A DNA stretch of 64,000 nucleotides. Origin: Podarcis melisellensis. Lineage: Eukaryota. Under the pieces are notes generated by a model. The model was not told the DNA's origin. It ran no database searches and saw nothing but the letters and a program-made list of their open reading frames with translations. How positions within the stretch are numbered: the stretch's first letter is position 1; each line of letters begins with the position of its first letter. Positions 36,233-50,100 of the stretch are shown here, piece by piece. The stretch is taken from NCBI GenBank assembly GCA_964234715.1, contig OZ174287.1. One strand, given 5' to 3'. Made by a program: the position numbers and the translations under genes.

Positions 36233-36489
36233 GCCAAGTCACAACCTGAATGGTAGACATACGTCACAATAATATTACTACTACTACTACAACTACTACA
36301 ATTTATATACCACCCTTTATCAAAAAATCCAAGGGCAGTGTACAACATTAAAAACACCTCGCCACTCTGGGAACCTCAGTTGCTGAAGGCATGGGATATA
36401 AATTTATTAAATAAATAAGCAACAAATCATAAGAAAGCTCAGTGATCAGCAATACAAGATGCTTTAAAGAATGGCAGAAAGCTATTACT

Positions 36490-37957
36490 AGATTTATCTG
36501 GCAGGGGAAGAAACAAGAATAAAGTATAAATTACGGACAAATGCCAAGGAAAGAGGTGGATTCTCCTTACCAGATCTGAGATTATATTTTGAGGCGTCTT
36601 ATCTTTGCTGGTTAAAGGAATGGATATCGCTGGAAAACTGTTCCATATTAGATCTTGAAAGTCATGATAACAGATATGGCTGGCATGCCTATTTGTGGCA
36701 TGACATAAAGCTTTACTGAATCACGTTATAAGGAAACCAGTGTATGAAGTATGGGACAAATATAAAAAAAACATTGGAACACAAAACACCATGGTGGCTC
36801 TCCCCACTTGAAACAATATTGGTGAAAAAAAGGATTGGGCAACATATTAAGAATTATTAATAGAAGTAGATCAAGATTTAAAATTAAAGAGGTTCAAAGA
36901 TATGAGAATTAGTAACTGACTGGTTGCAATCAGTGGTGTAGCTGGCCACTCGCGTGTCTGGTGCGGTGGTGTGTGTGTCCTGCAGCCAGGGGCAGCACGA
37001 TCTGCGCTGATGGGGGCAGTGTGACCCACACCGATGGGGGTGGGGCCAGCCTCTCTGATGCTTGGAGCCTCTCTGCCGCCTTCCCCTCAGCTGTAGGGGA
37101 GCTGAGGGAGAGGCAGTAGGCAGACGCAAGTCCCACGTTGCCATTTCAGGCAGTGCAGAACCTGCAAGCGCCTAAGCCACCACGTCACTCCTAAAAAGTT
37201 TTGTGAGCCCATTTTTTTTTAAAACCCCTCATTTTATCAACCCCCCCTCAGTGATGACACCCAGGGAGGACTGCACCCCCTTCCTCCGCCACTGGTTGCA
37301 ATATCACCAGCTTAATGAACTGTTTAAGTTGGACAAAAAGAAGGGTTTTCTAAAAATGAAAATAAAAAAATCACATGTGGTGGTCATGTAAGATGTAAAA
37401 GACTTCTGGGAAATGATATGTAATGAATTGAAAAAAAATGTTGAAAATAACTTTTCCTAAGAAACCCGAAGCTTTTCTCTTAGGTATTATAGGTCCAGAG
37501 ATTCCGAAGGACCAGATGAAACTATTCATGTACATGGCCACAGCTGCCTGGACTCTGTTAGCCCAGAAATGGAAAGATGGTACAACTCTGAGCAAGGAAG
37601 TGCCAGATAAAACTGATGAACTATGGCGAGATGGCAAAACTTACAGGAAGAATTAGAAACCAGGAAGAAGTGGACTTTAATAAAGGATGGGGAAAGTCTA
37701 TAATCTACTTGAAAAACTATTGTAAACAATTACACACTTTGGTAGGATTGACAGAAAAGTTGTGGTAAAAATTTGAACTATGGAATGATAAAGGATTTAT
37801 AAGAACGGATTTATGAAACAGATGCAGAGGGAGAAATCATAATATTAAGATTGACAATGAGGCGGAGAGGGAAGTCAAAGGGGATTTCATGTTTATGTTC
37901 TTATTTTGCTTATATATGTAAAATAGAAAATGCAAAATTAAAATAAATAAATAAATA
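36490..37957 (+). mobile_element. L1-clade LINE, 5'-truncated ORF2 3' end with A-rich tail
   Basis: FIWQGKK...KERGGFSLPDLRLYF...WLKEWI, DWLQYHQL, HMWWSC..VK.FW, FPKKPEAFLLG; ends (taaa)n. Interrupted by the hAT MITE at 36931-37294. Confidence 0.9.
36931..37294. mobile_element. hAT MITE nested in L1
   Basis: Perfect 8-bp TSD GTTGCAAT; termini CAGTGG / CCACTG. Confidence 0.92.
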
Positions 37958-38038
37958 CAAAAGCTCAGGCGAGTAGCCTTCTCTCTCTTGGTAAAGGTAG
38001 CATACTTCAACTGCCCTTCATAAATCCTCTGCCCACGC

Positions 38039-38175
38039 CAGTGGCGGGTGCAGGGGGGGCCAGCCGCACCAGGCGCAACATCTGGGGGTTAGGGTTAGGG
38101 GGCACAAATCCACGGGTTAGGGGGCGCAAATTACTTGCCTTACCCCGGGTGCTGACAACCCACGCTACGCCACTG
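38039..38175. mobile_element. Short hAT MITE carrying TTAGGG units
   Basis: Perfect TSD GCCCACGC; TIR CAGTGGCG / CGCCACTG. Confidence 0.92.
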
Positions 38176-38719
38176 GCCCACGCCTTTAAACACATTCCAG
38201 TTTGCTGCCTTTCTTTCTTTCCATGTGTTTACATTCACCACTCCGCCTCCTAGGCTGGTTCTTTACGTATTCAAACGTTTCTTCCCATAAATCACAATTA
38301 GTATGAATTATTAAATCTACACAACATGCACAACCATCCCATATTACTTCTTTGCTATTAATGTAATCAGAACGCTGCAAAACTCCCACAAGGAACTTCA
38401 TGGGATAGAGGCAAAAAAAGTGTGCAGTTAATTTCCAGGAGGCGGCAGGACAATTTGGGGATGAACACTGGAAGCAGAGATGTCTTGTAATAAGGTAAGC
38501 CTTCCTCAGATGCCTGGTTTTGGCAGCTCCCATTCATTTCAATCAGGCATGTACAGGACAGCTTCCCAACGGGTTATGCCCTTGTTTATTATGAGTGCAA
38601 GGGCATGCCAGTTAGATTTTCCACATCAGGCATCAAAAGATGGTGGACTCATTCATGAGAAGGAAGACAAAGAGTACACAATAATGTCTGACTTTGATTG
38701 TTTTCTTAAGTTATCAAAA

Positions 38720-39118
38720 GCCCCTGACTGTTAGGTCCAGTCGCGGACGACTCTGGCATTGCGACGCTCATCTTGGATTTGGATTTGATATCCTACTTTA
38801 TCACTACCCAAAGGAGTCTCAAAGCAGCTAACATTCTCCTTTCCCTTCCTTCCCCACAACAAACACTCTGTGAAGTGAGTGGGGCTGAGAGACTTCAAAG
38901 AAGTGTGACTGGCCCAAGGTCACCCAGCAGCTGCATGTGGAAGAGAGGAGATGCGAACCCGGTTCCCCAGACTATGGGTCTACTGCTCTTAACCACGACA
39001 CCACACTGGCTCCTTGCTTTACTGGCTGAGGGATCCGGGGTACAGCTTCCGGGTCATGTGGCCAGCATAACTAAGCCACTTCTGACGAACCAGAGCAGTG
39101 CACGGAAATGCCGTTTAC
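38720..39118 (-). mobile_element. Sauria SINE fragment (38720-38773 and 39013-39118) interrupted by a Squam3-like SINE (38774-39011)
   Basis: Flanks join as ...gctcatct|tgctttactggc...cagcttccgggtcatgtggccagc, a Sauria SINE body; the insert matches the 27092 element. Confidence 0.85.
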
Positions 39119-40947
39119 GCCACCCATGTCCCTAGGTACCTAAATACGGTTACCCTAATGTCTCAATATGCTCTTGATAGGGGCTTGTGGCACTTAGTTG
39201 TAAACTCAAAGGTGAGAGAGGTGAGATACACCAATGCAAGAGGAATTGTGTTTCGCAGGGAATGCATCCTAATGTTGAGGGGGAAATTTAACATAATAAA
39301 ATTTAAGACTTAAATCTTGATGAACTTTAAGGTAAAAATGTTTGGTATCAACTTGTCAAGTCTATCACTTTTTTATCAACTTGTTCGGCTTTCACAAAAT
39401 TCCTTAAAGCCAACCGGATCAACAAATAAAATAAAAATTAAAAAAATCATTTGTTTTTGTAATGATGCTTGAATTAAGAGAATTCTGCTCCCCTACCAAA
39501 GTGTAAAAGTGCTAGTATATTTGCCTTTGTTTCCTGCAGACAAGTGCATTATTTAAAAACAAGGAGGTTCCCCCACCCTTTTTCCTTTTCCTTGAACTTC
39601 TATTTGGGGAAAGAACCTTGTGCAACTGAAAAAAACTTGTATGCTGGATTGGGATCGGTGGTTTGTCCTAGCACTTTGTATTATTTTACTTACCTTGGGA
39701 ATTTTTAAAAAATAACAACGGGTGTCCAGCTTAGATGCCCCCCTGTTTTTTATTATTTTGAAGACAGTGTGCACCCCCATATGTAAGCTGGCGGGGTTGG
39801 GGCGCTCCTGATGTAAGATCTCGCCCCCGCTTTGGAAGAGTGACAGACTTGATAACCTTCTGGTCTTTCCCAGTTAAAAGAATTCCATGATTACATATTA
39901 GTTCTTCTTATGTTTGCAAAGTGCTTTACAATCCTAATACCATTTATCCTCCACCCACCCCATTAAAAAAAAAGAAAAGCATCCAAGTTCAGAGACAATA
40001 GCTTGGTTACAGCATTTCTCACCCTCTTCCTCCCCCCTCCACAATCACCCCAAGCCAATGGGATCGCAAAAATCACGTGGTGCTGCCATATTAATATTTA
40101 TTCCATAAAAGCGTGGCGGCTCCTTACCACTCCGCTGCGCCGCTCTGACCGCAGTGCCAACCCTCAGGCACCGCAACACAATTTGGAAACAATGTGACGG
40201 AAATGTTTAATCTGTGCAGCCCATCTGTGCTGCGTATTTCTCCACATCTCCCCGAGAGAGGCGCCTTTGAATCTCCACACTGCCTTTAATATTCTCCTAA
40301 ATCATTCCCCCCACTGCACTTCAAGGGCCATTGCTACAATTTCACAGGTTCATCGAAAGTGCACCAGGGAGGGAGGGGGGATGTTCCAGGGTGTGTGTGT
40401 GGAGGGGGGGGGAAGCAGGGGTAACAGGGCATTTGTTACTTGAGATTTTTTTATTTCATTTTATACTAATTTCCAGGGATTACTCTTGCTTGTGCCCTTT
40501 GCAAAGAGGCAGGGGGTGGGGGAAAACACACCCCAAATAAAGACATCAGGCAGCTGGCATGAGTAAGGTTGCTTTTAAAGAAAGCTGGTTGATACAGAGG
40601 GAAACATTATTCCCTAAGAGTCCAGCTCTAATCAGCTTTCCAATTTCAGGCCATGGGGCAACTGTCTGTCCTATGAGCTTCAGTGGGGATGCCTATGATG
40701 AACTGATTTGGCAGGTCCCATTAAGTATATGAAGAAAATCACTTTGTTTGTCATTCTGAGATTTGGAGATCCGTGGCCCCATAGCTGTCTAGGGCAGCCA
40801 CTACTGGAGCAACTTGCTCATGTAAGCCACCAGACCAATACAAGCCTCATAGGCGCCCATGTGCCAAACCAGCACAGAGGTCTGCTACACTGGGTATGCA
40901 TAGGCCGATTGTTTAGGACACAACAGCATTCGTCCAGCAGCACAGTA

Positions 40948-41199
40948 CAGTGGTACCTTGGTTTACGAACTTAATCCGTTCCAGAAGTCTGTTCTTAAGC
41001 CAAAGTGTTCTTAAACCAAGGCGTGCTTTCCCATAGCAGTGGGGGACTCAACTTACAAATGGAACACACTCAACAGGAAATGAAACATGTTCTTATTCCA
41101 AGGCAAAGTTCACAAACCAAAACACCTACTTCTGGGTTTGCAGCGTTCTTAATCCAAGTTGTTCATAAACTAAGCTGTTCTTAAACCAAGGTACCACTG
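40948..41199. mobile_element. Tc1/mariner-superfamily MITE
   Basis: Perfect 18-bp TIRs CAGTGGTACCTTGGTTTA; TA TSD. Confidence 0.92.
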
Positions 41200-44179
41200 T
41201 AATGCATGTGTGATCTCATCCATCATTTTACAGTGAGGCTCAGAGCTTGCACACTGTCTACTTTTCAACCTCAGATCCAGTAGAACATCCACAGTCACCT
41301 GCTATTCCATACTTCCATGAACTGGGTTAGTAAAGTACAAAAGCAGCTGGTTGGTGTGTCACCTTAGATCTGCTGCGCATGCCATTAGATGGTCCTGGTT
41401 GCTGCCACCTCTTTGGTTGCTCCCATGCCACATCAGGAGTATTTAGAGCTTCTCATCTGATTAGGATTTCTTTGTGTGTTTATACAACACACCAGATAGG
41501 AGTGCTCTCCAGAATAAAACACAGATCAGAATGCAGCTATCCTTCAGTTTCGGCACTTCTCCGAATTTTGTAAGGTAGTTTTTGGTTCAAAAAACCCCCT
41601 AACACAATGCATATAGAAAAATGCATGTTGCAGTTAAAAGTTTGTACAAAAACACATGTGTTAGGGTAGAATACACACAATAATATACATTATGCAGTAA
41701 AACGCATACAAAAATGTGTTTAAAATAATGCAATTTTCATGCATTTAAAAAAACCCAGCTGATTGATGCAGAATAGTTATGTATTGACATACTAAATTGA
41801 TATGGACTGGAAATATACTGAATGGCATTTCCTACAACCCAGTAACAAACTTCAGTAAAAAGATGGATTTCCTCCACCTTTCAGAGACACAAGTATGGTC
41901 ATGGAAAAAAGCAGAGAACATGTATGTACAATGTGGACACCTCCTGTGTATCTCTTTGGCATATGCAGGAAAAAATCAAGATGAATTTCAGAAATCATGC
42001 TGAAATTCACAGAATAGACAGAACAATCTTTTAGGGTGCAGGCCAGTATATTTTTAGTCCATTGCAAGAATGTGAACTCTTGAGTGGGAATTTTTAATGG
42101 ACCAATCTTGTGGAAGTTACCCAGTCTCCTAACAAGAGTGGAAAAGCAGTAAGTTTTATTTGTCTTGCTTTCAGTGCATGCATATTTATTTCTAGACCAA
42201 GGGAATGGTCAAATCCAATAAAGCCCCAACTCTCAAGCCACACGGATCTGGGCCTGGACAGTAACTAGGTGGAAGACCATGCGGGATTCCTTCCTACGCT
42301 ACTCTGAACTCCTTGGAGGAAATGTGGACCCCAAGTGATAATAAAAATAATAAATTTCTATATATAACTGCCCTCACCTAACCTTTAGAAGCAGAGAATA
42401 TTGCAACATATAAAGTGTAGACATAATAATATTATATTAAATTATAGCTTTGGAAGTAGTATTGTATAATATATCAATAAAAGCACACCTTTGGAATGTA
42501 CTGCTAAAATAAACCTTACTAATTTTTTGCCCAACTTTCATTACTGTCAGATGTTGCACAGGCTTTGGTGAATTTGGTGTAGTATTTAGCTGAAAGTTTT
42601 ACTGATGGGAATGAATGTACTGTATATATAGAGAGAGCGCTTGTCCAAATTTCAGCTTCCCAGATTATAAAATTTGGATTTGCATTTTTGCTTCTGTGGT
42701 GAGACGCTAAATAGTTTTGACATCCTGAAATCCAGATTTCATCCATGAGATGCTGTCTGCTGTCTTTATAAGTCTTGCTTGGTTGGAATCAATTTTTCTA
42801 AGCTCAAGTTCAAATTGGACAGTTTCTCATTGCTTGAAGTTGTCTGCACTTTCAGTTTCTACCAATATCTGTGTCAGAGCTGATCAAAAAGTATGTGCAC
42901 AGCAACCCAGAATTAGACAATATATGAATCTATGAGCAGCCATGCACCTCAAACCTCCTGTGGTGTCCAGGATGCCCTTGATTTGAACATAAAATTTAGC
43001 TTGTCCTTTGCAATCTTCCTATTTTTACTAGGTGCTCACTTTCAGCTGGATTTTGCCCACACCTATATCTGATGGCTGCTGAGAAACAATGTATGGACTA
43101 TTAAACACTGGAAGACATGGCTACCCTCTTCTTTTAGGGAAGTGCACATTTGTTAGGAAGTACTCATTTCCCTAGAACATTCCTGCTGTATAGAGTGACC
43201 ATCCTGAGGTTCTCAACGCCCCATAGAATAGACACTCCTACAAACTCCAAAAATTAGGACTCCCCAATCCCACACCAAGAGCCACAACGTCCCACAAAAC
43301 CATTGCTAATTTGTGTCACATTGTCTGTGCAATGCATTGTATTCCTTATTTAACTATCTGTACTTGACCTGGAGGATCAGATGCACAATTTCCTTGTTGA
43401 ATTTATGTGTTTCTCTCTCTCTCATTCATACACATACATTCATACACTTAACCATCCCTGCCTTGCCATTCATGGGGTTCAGGTGGAGAATTGTGGGGGT
43501 ACTATGAGCAGTATAGCTATTATTAATGGCAGTGCTGCTCCCGGGTTTGTGTGGGCACGAGGCTTTCCTCACCTTGTGCAAAAGCTTGCTGCACCTATCC
43601 CTCCCTCCTGCAAGCTTTAATCCAGTCCCTTCTGCCCTCCTGCACACCAGCAGGGCAGCAAGGATTCAGATTCGGAATTGTGCCCTGCCCGAGTCTCTTC
43701 TTGAAGATACGTTCAAATATCCATGAGAACCCCAGGCAGCTGCCTGATCTCGGTAGATGCAGGCTAAGACAACTAGCTTTCCTGCTTTTGGGGTGGTGGT
43801 GAGGTCCCGGGGGCGGGGGGGGGAGCATGCTGGGGTAAATGCACTTTGAGATCTTTTGATCCCTCATTTTGAAATCCAATGGGGTCAAAAAAGGTACACT
43901 GTATACCTTCAAAAGGAACGAATGAATCATGGTAAGAGCTGTGATTGTTTCAGCAAACCCTGTTCATGTCTGTCTGTGTGCGTGTGTGTGTGTTGAGGGA
44001 AGGAGGAGGGGAGCTGGACGCATTCTGGTTTGCCAAGATTTTCAGGCCGGTGCTGTTCGTTACATCATCTGTTCAACAGAGGTGTTGCTATAGCAGCTGC
44101 TTATAGCTTCATTTCCTGGATACCCCCCCAGGGGGGTGTCACAGCCGGATCCACCTGCTCTTTTACCCTACCCTCGGCG

Positions 44180-44196
44180 GGGTCATCTTAAGGTCG
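44180..44196 (+). promoter_or_regulatory. DR5 retinoic-acid response element-like site
   Basis: GGGTCA-tctta-AGGTCG: one perfect and one 5/6 RGKTCA half-site, 5-nt spacer. Confidence 0.5.
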
Positions 44197-47100
44197 CCAA
44201 AATAAATGAACGCCGTTGCTAATGATCTGTTTGCTGGCTGTTTATGCTCCGCGAGTGTCAGGGGCGCTCACATTTAGTAAACTCATTATGGGTCCAATTA
44301 GACTTCGCCATTGCTAGATATTTAACTCTTTTTTTCCTTTTAAATTAGCATTTTAATAACATTCTATCCAGCAAGGATTGGGGTGGGGGGTGGGGATGGA
44401 GAACAAAATGACCATTTTTCACGGACAAAAACTTCTTTAGCCGTAGGTGGAACTTTAATAGCAGATCTGTGAGGGCGGCAAAAGGGAGCAGGTCCACCTT
44501 CCATTCACCCCCACCCCCATGCCAGAGAGGAAACGATAGAAGGGGAAAAGAGGGGGGGAGATAAAGGAAACATTTCTATTTGCTTTATCACACACTCAAT
44601 TTCCTAAATTTGTTCAGCAGCCAATTATTTTCAGCGTTAACGTCTTGAGCCGCTCGCATCTGATGAAAATGAGCAGCCATCAGAGTTAAACTTTGGAAGT
44701 GACCTGTGAAGGGGTTTGGAATAATTACGTAAAGGAGTCAATTTATTTCAGATTCCCCTGGCTGGAAGAACAATCCAGAGGAAAGAGGAAAAGTAAGAAG
44801 GGGGGGGAGAGAGATTAAAAGAAACAAGTGCTGATTAGATGATTAGAATTATCAAAATATCTCTTGACTGGAACCCCCCTGGAGGGCCACTTCTCTTAAA
44901 AAGGTCACTCCAATTATTCTAGTGGTTTCCCCCCCATTCCCTTAGATGACTGTGCGGAGAAATTCTTCCGCCCTCCCCGCCCTCAGCAACCTGTAATGAC
45001 CAATTCTGCAATAGAAAGGGTGATGGAAAGCGGAAAACGAGTCATCGCATGCACTAGTTTTTACCAAGGAGCAGTGGATGGTTTAAAGAAATAAGAATGG
45101 CTTTACTTTGGTCCATTTGCAGCACAACCTTGCTTGTGTTCAATGGAGTTTACTCACATCCTAGGTAAGTATTCATAGCATTGCAGCCTTAGTCCAGCAC
45201 CCTCTCTAAGAGTTGCATTAGAGGCCCCTGAAAAATCCCCAAGCAGGGCACAATGGAGAGAGCCGTTCTGTTTGGCCCTGGCATCTGGTAGACAGTGATA
45301 TAGCATCTTTGAACAAGGAGGCTCTCTTTCAAGCTAGCACAGCTACTAGCCATTGTTAGATCTTCTCATAGGCATCTGGCTGGCCACTGTGGGAACAGCA
45401 AGCTGGACTTTGAGCTGATTCATCTTATCTGTTTACCAAGAATGTGTTCTGATTATTTTAAAAGGCCATTTACTTTCCATGAAATCAAGCGGTTCATGAT
45501 TTTGTGAGCTTATGTCATGCCCTCCCTCCGCTGTTCTTTGCATGCTTAAAGGCCCCAATTATTTAAGCTTTTCTTTATGAGTGGGTGGGCTGATACACCA
45601 CTCTTCATCAACACAGATTCTCTTCCACACTTGCTCATATCCATATTAAGGTCAGGCATGCATCTTAAAAATGTCATCTGCACCAGCCTTATGAATATTA
45701 ACTTTGAGACTGTGAATGAAGCCTGTTCTCAAGATCCAAATCCATCCTGGCACCTGCAGTAAATGCTGAATCCCAAGCTAGTTAGCAGTGCCGTGTGTGG
45801 AGCCTGCTTTGTGATGGCTAAGGTCACTTGCAGAGATCTGCATGCACCAGGTTTTTGCACCCTGCATCAAACAGCGGAAGAAGCATGTCAAAAAGCTGAT
45901 ATGTATAATGAAAACAAAACAGTGGATTTCTATGGGTGCTTTCCCTAACTGTTTAAAGCACATTGTGTATGGCACATGATCTCAGTCCTGGTCTACACAT
46001 GCAACAGAATGAGATGGTATATGCCATTTGCAAATGTGCTACTGCGCTCACGTCCTCCTGGTGGGCTTCTCATAGGCATCTATAGGAACAAAATGCCGGG
46101 TAAGATGGTCCTTTAGCCTGATCCAGCAGGACTCTTCATAAATTCTTATTGAATGTTTGCTCCCAAAAGAGAAAGATTCTCACCTAAGCCACCTGCTAGA
46201 CTCTTTTCCTACGTGTAGTGTGTTGTGTGTATATATATATATGTATGTGCTTGTGTATGCATGTGTTTGGAGGGGAATATTAAAAAATGTGCCCCATTTC
46301 ATTCTGATGCGATGTCTAGCAACTAGTCTCAGTTATCCTGACAACAGTCCCATCACCTAGGTCAGTATTATTTCCATATTATAGATAAGAGATTGTTGTC
46401 AATATGGTGTGAGAACTGCTAAGGAATAGCTTCCGGGTGGTCAAGCTTTATATCACATGAGAAGCCCCAAAAGTATGGATGGCCCAGATCCTGTGGTCAT
46501 GTCTCATCCCTGCACTGAACTATCCTCAGAGCCACTGACATTGGCATAGGAAGTCACCATGAGACCTGGCAGGTCCATGCAGTTGGAGTTTCTGTACATT
46601 ACTAATTTAGCATGAAATGTGACTAACCACTCAAAGCATTTTCTTTGAGATGAACATGCTGCATCAACATCTAGCTGGGTAGCTATGCTTGTAGGTTATA
46701 GCGAAAATGAATACAGTGGCACAAGCCTCTTTGGAACAGTACTAAGTTCATTCAGTAACATATAAATACATATTGAAAAAGAATGTGCTGCTAAAGACCA
46801 CTACGGCTTCCAGTTTGCAGCTCACACACTTAGCCACTACGCTTAGCAGCGCACCCGAGTTACAGACACATTGACAAGCTTCACATAATTGCTCCACCAT
46901 GTAAGCTCTGTGTTTAGAAGCTTATGCTTTCAGCAGCTAGCATGACCCAAGTCCAGCACAAGTCCTGGGATGGTGAAAAATAATGTCAGAAGCCACAATG
47001 AAATTCAAACCCAGACTTCACCCAAGTATTTTACTGCTTTCTGTAATTCTACATTGGCTGGAATCTATAATTGCATTATCTTCTACAGAAATGAAGAAAT

Positions 47101-50100
47101 GGTCTTCCTATGGGAGAAGAAGATAGATTTGTAGGGCAATGGAGTTTGGAAACATCCTCATTTTGTTCAGTACAAATATATCTCCAAGGTTGAGCTTGTG
47201 GGGCTGGGGGAGGTCTGCTTGCAGAAAAAGGCATGAATGAATGGTATAAATTGGGTAAAGCCTGCGATGTTGCCAATACATCTTTTGTGAGGAAAATAAA
47301 TATATATGTGCTTTATAAAAGTAAAGCAGTAAGCCCACCTGAAGTATGAGAGAAAGGTGAAAAACAGGCAGGTGACCCAAGGCTGTATTCAACTCAGTTT
47401 TACTCAGTGTAGAAACATTGCAATTAATGGACCCAACTTGTCCCCACTGAGTTTAGTGGGTCTGTTCTGAGTAAAATATAGTTGAATGCCACCCCTAGTG
47501 TTTTATCTTGCTGGACAGTACATTCGTCATTGAAAGCTTGGCTCACACTGCTGGTGAATATTCCACTGTGTCTTCTCTCCAAAAACTAGTTGAACTAGGG
47601 GATAGTTGAATGCTATTGAGGGCAAGTAAATAGATCTACTCCATGAGCCACAATATATAAAGGAAAGCTGTCCTGTGCTGCTCTCTCACTGTTCCCATCC
47701 ATTTTAATGAGGCTTGCGCTGGAGAACTTCCCCATGGGTTGTGCTCCATGTCAATGTGTGCTGAGTAGGGGTACCATTTGAGTTTTCCATGCAGGCATCC
47801 AACTGACTCTAGCCAGTCCTGCCTGCATCCAGTCTCATATTAATAATCATCACCTCTGACAAACGCTGCTCAAAAGGCTCAAACTCTCGAAGGTGAAAAC
47901 GTTCAGAACAAATGCAAAGAACGCTTCTCTTCTGGAACTTCATAATGTTTTGCCAGTACTCTTCCACACTTCCCTATTCCTACTGCTGTGTATATTGCAA
48001 CCTGTAACAATCTGGAAAATATCTGAGAAGAAGTTTCAGCTGTGACATGTGGGCGATGGATTCAGGCAATAGTCATCTAAAAGCTTGCTATGTGGGCCCG
48101 ACTGAATTTACTCATTTAGTTTGTAAGCCTTGAGGGAAGGGCCTTTGTCTCATCTTTTTGGTAGATGTGAGATGCTTTTGAAGAAGATCTGTTTGAAAAA
48201 TGGTATAAAAATATACCAACAAATAAAAATAAATACACATACAGAAGCCCGAGGTGGTTAAGTCCTGGAATATAAAGATGTAGGAAATAGGAAGCTGCCT
48301 TACACTGAGCCATCCTTTCCAGGGTTTTAGACAGAGGACTCTTTTAGCCCTACTCAGAGATGCTGGAGGTTGAAGCAGGGACCTTCTGAATGCAAAACAC
48401 ATGCTCTACCACTAAGTTGCAAGCCTTCTGCCTTTTTTCAAATGTTTCAGCACATTAAAAACAATGCCACAAGTAGAAAACTAGCACATCAGAGACATTG
48501 TTTGGAGGTATTTTGTAGTTTTTGTTTTACATAGGGGAGCATTCAGATTTTCCCCCATGAAGCCTGAAATGGTACAGTCCATTCTTTCAGTTCAGATCTC
48601 AACAATCTTCATTCTGCTGCATCTACAGCTCCAGCTATGGAGAAATCACCATGCACTGATATCACCATAATCCAGTCAGGGTGTGAGAATTCTGGAAAAG
48701 CGAGCTGGGATAATGCTGGGCTTTTAACAGCAAGGTTGGAGGTGACTGTCTTCCTTCTCACAATGTGGTTAAAGTCACCACGGAGTAGGATTCTAAGTTA
48801 TTTCTGTGTTTGTTCCTGAAAATCTGAATGTCAACATGAATACCTGAATATCAACATGGCAAGATGCAATCTGCATTATCAATGAATGCAGATACCATAC
48901 CGAACTCGTATGGAACTTAGTTTGTGGTAGCCACTATATAGAAAACAGTGTGAATTGATATTTACTCTGTAGTAAGTTGGCGGGGGGAACCTGGGCTCTC
49001 CCACCAAGACAAGTAGTAATAAAGGTATTAGAGCTGGTAGGGGGGATGAGAAGGAAGAGCCATGGCCTCATATCCTTCAATATTTTCTATTTTATATGCT
49101 TGTATCAGCCCGATTTTCATACCAATGGTTATTGCCCATGTTCTCCTTTTCCTGCTTCTTATTACACATTAATGCTCTTTTCTGCCATTGTTACACTGCA
49201 TTCAATTACTCTGCAATAGTCTGCTGTCCACCATTTCAAAAGCCAGCATGATGCCTGTTGTTTAGGTTAAGAAGGCCAAGAAGCAAAAAGGTGCTTCCAG
49301 ATTGGCAGCCTCTATCACTACCCAATCACTGCTTTTTCACTGTAGAATTGCAGTGGACATTCCACACTTGTGGGGTGAGAGTGTGCATCCATTACACTAT
49401 CTTCCATCCACACTAGTGGATAACAACCGGGGCAGAAAAGAAGCCATTCATCTGAGCATGTAATTTCATTAATAATTTTCCCCCTATTGTTTTTAATTTG
49501 CTCTAAAGGACTTTGAAATAAAATTTAAAAATCAATAACTTGTTTAAAATACTTGAAAGTGTTTAGGCTAAATTGTAAGAATGGGGGAACAGAGACCACA
49601 TTGGTAAAATAACAGCAACTGAAAAGACCAGGATAGATAGTGTGAGATTTTCCACAGCAAAATTTTAATTGTGCTAAACCCCCCTTTCTATTTAAGCGCT
49701 ATTGTACAAATATTTCAGCACTTGGTTATTTATTTATATGTAGGCAAAAAGGCATTTTATTGCAATTTAAGAGCTCAGTTAAAGAAACCAAACACATGCT
49801 GATAAAATGGTGCTGCCAGAAAAGATAATAGCTAAATTGTACGGAAATTGATGTGTGGCAGTAGGCTCTCCCACTCAGCATGTCACTGCACACATTAAAA
49901 CAGCACCTCTTGAAAAGATGGAAGAGTAAGAGCTAAGGCGATCTACACCTGGAGACTGCGTTACTGTTGCATTCTTTTTCTTTTCAAGTCAATTTTTCTG
50001 CAATCTGCAGAAAGAAGCAGCATGGCGAAAACAGAAGAGAACAACAACTGGACGCTGACATTATACTGACACCCCAGACAAAGTGAGTGAACGGAGCATA

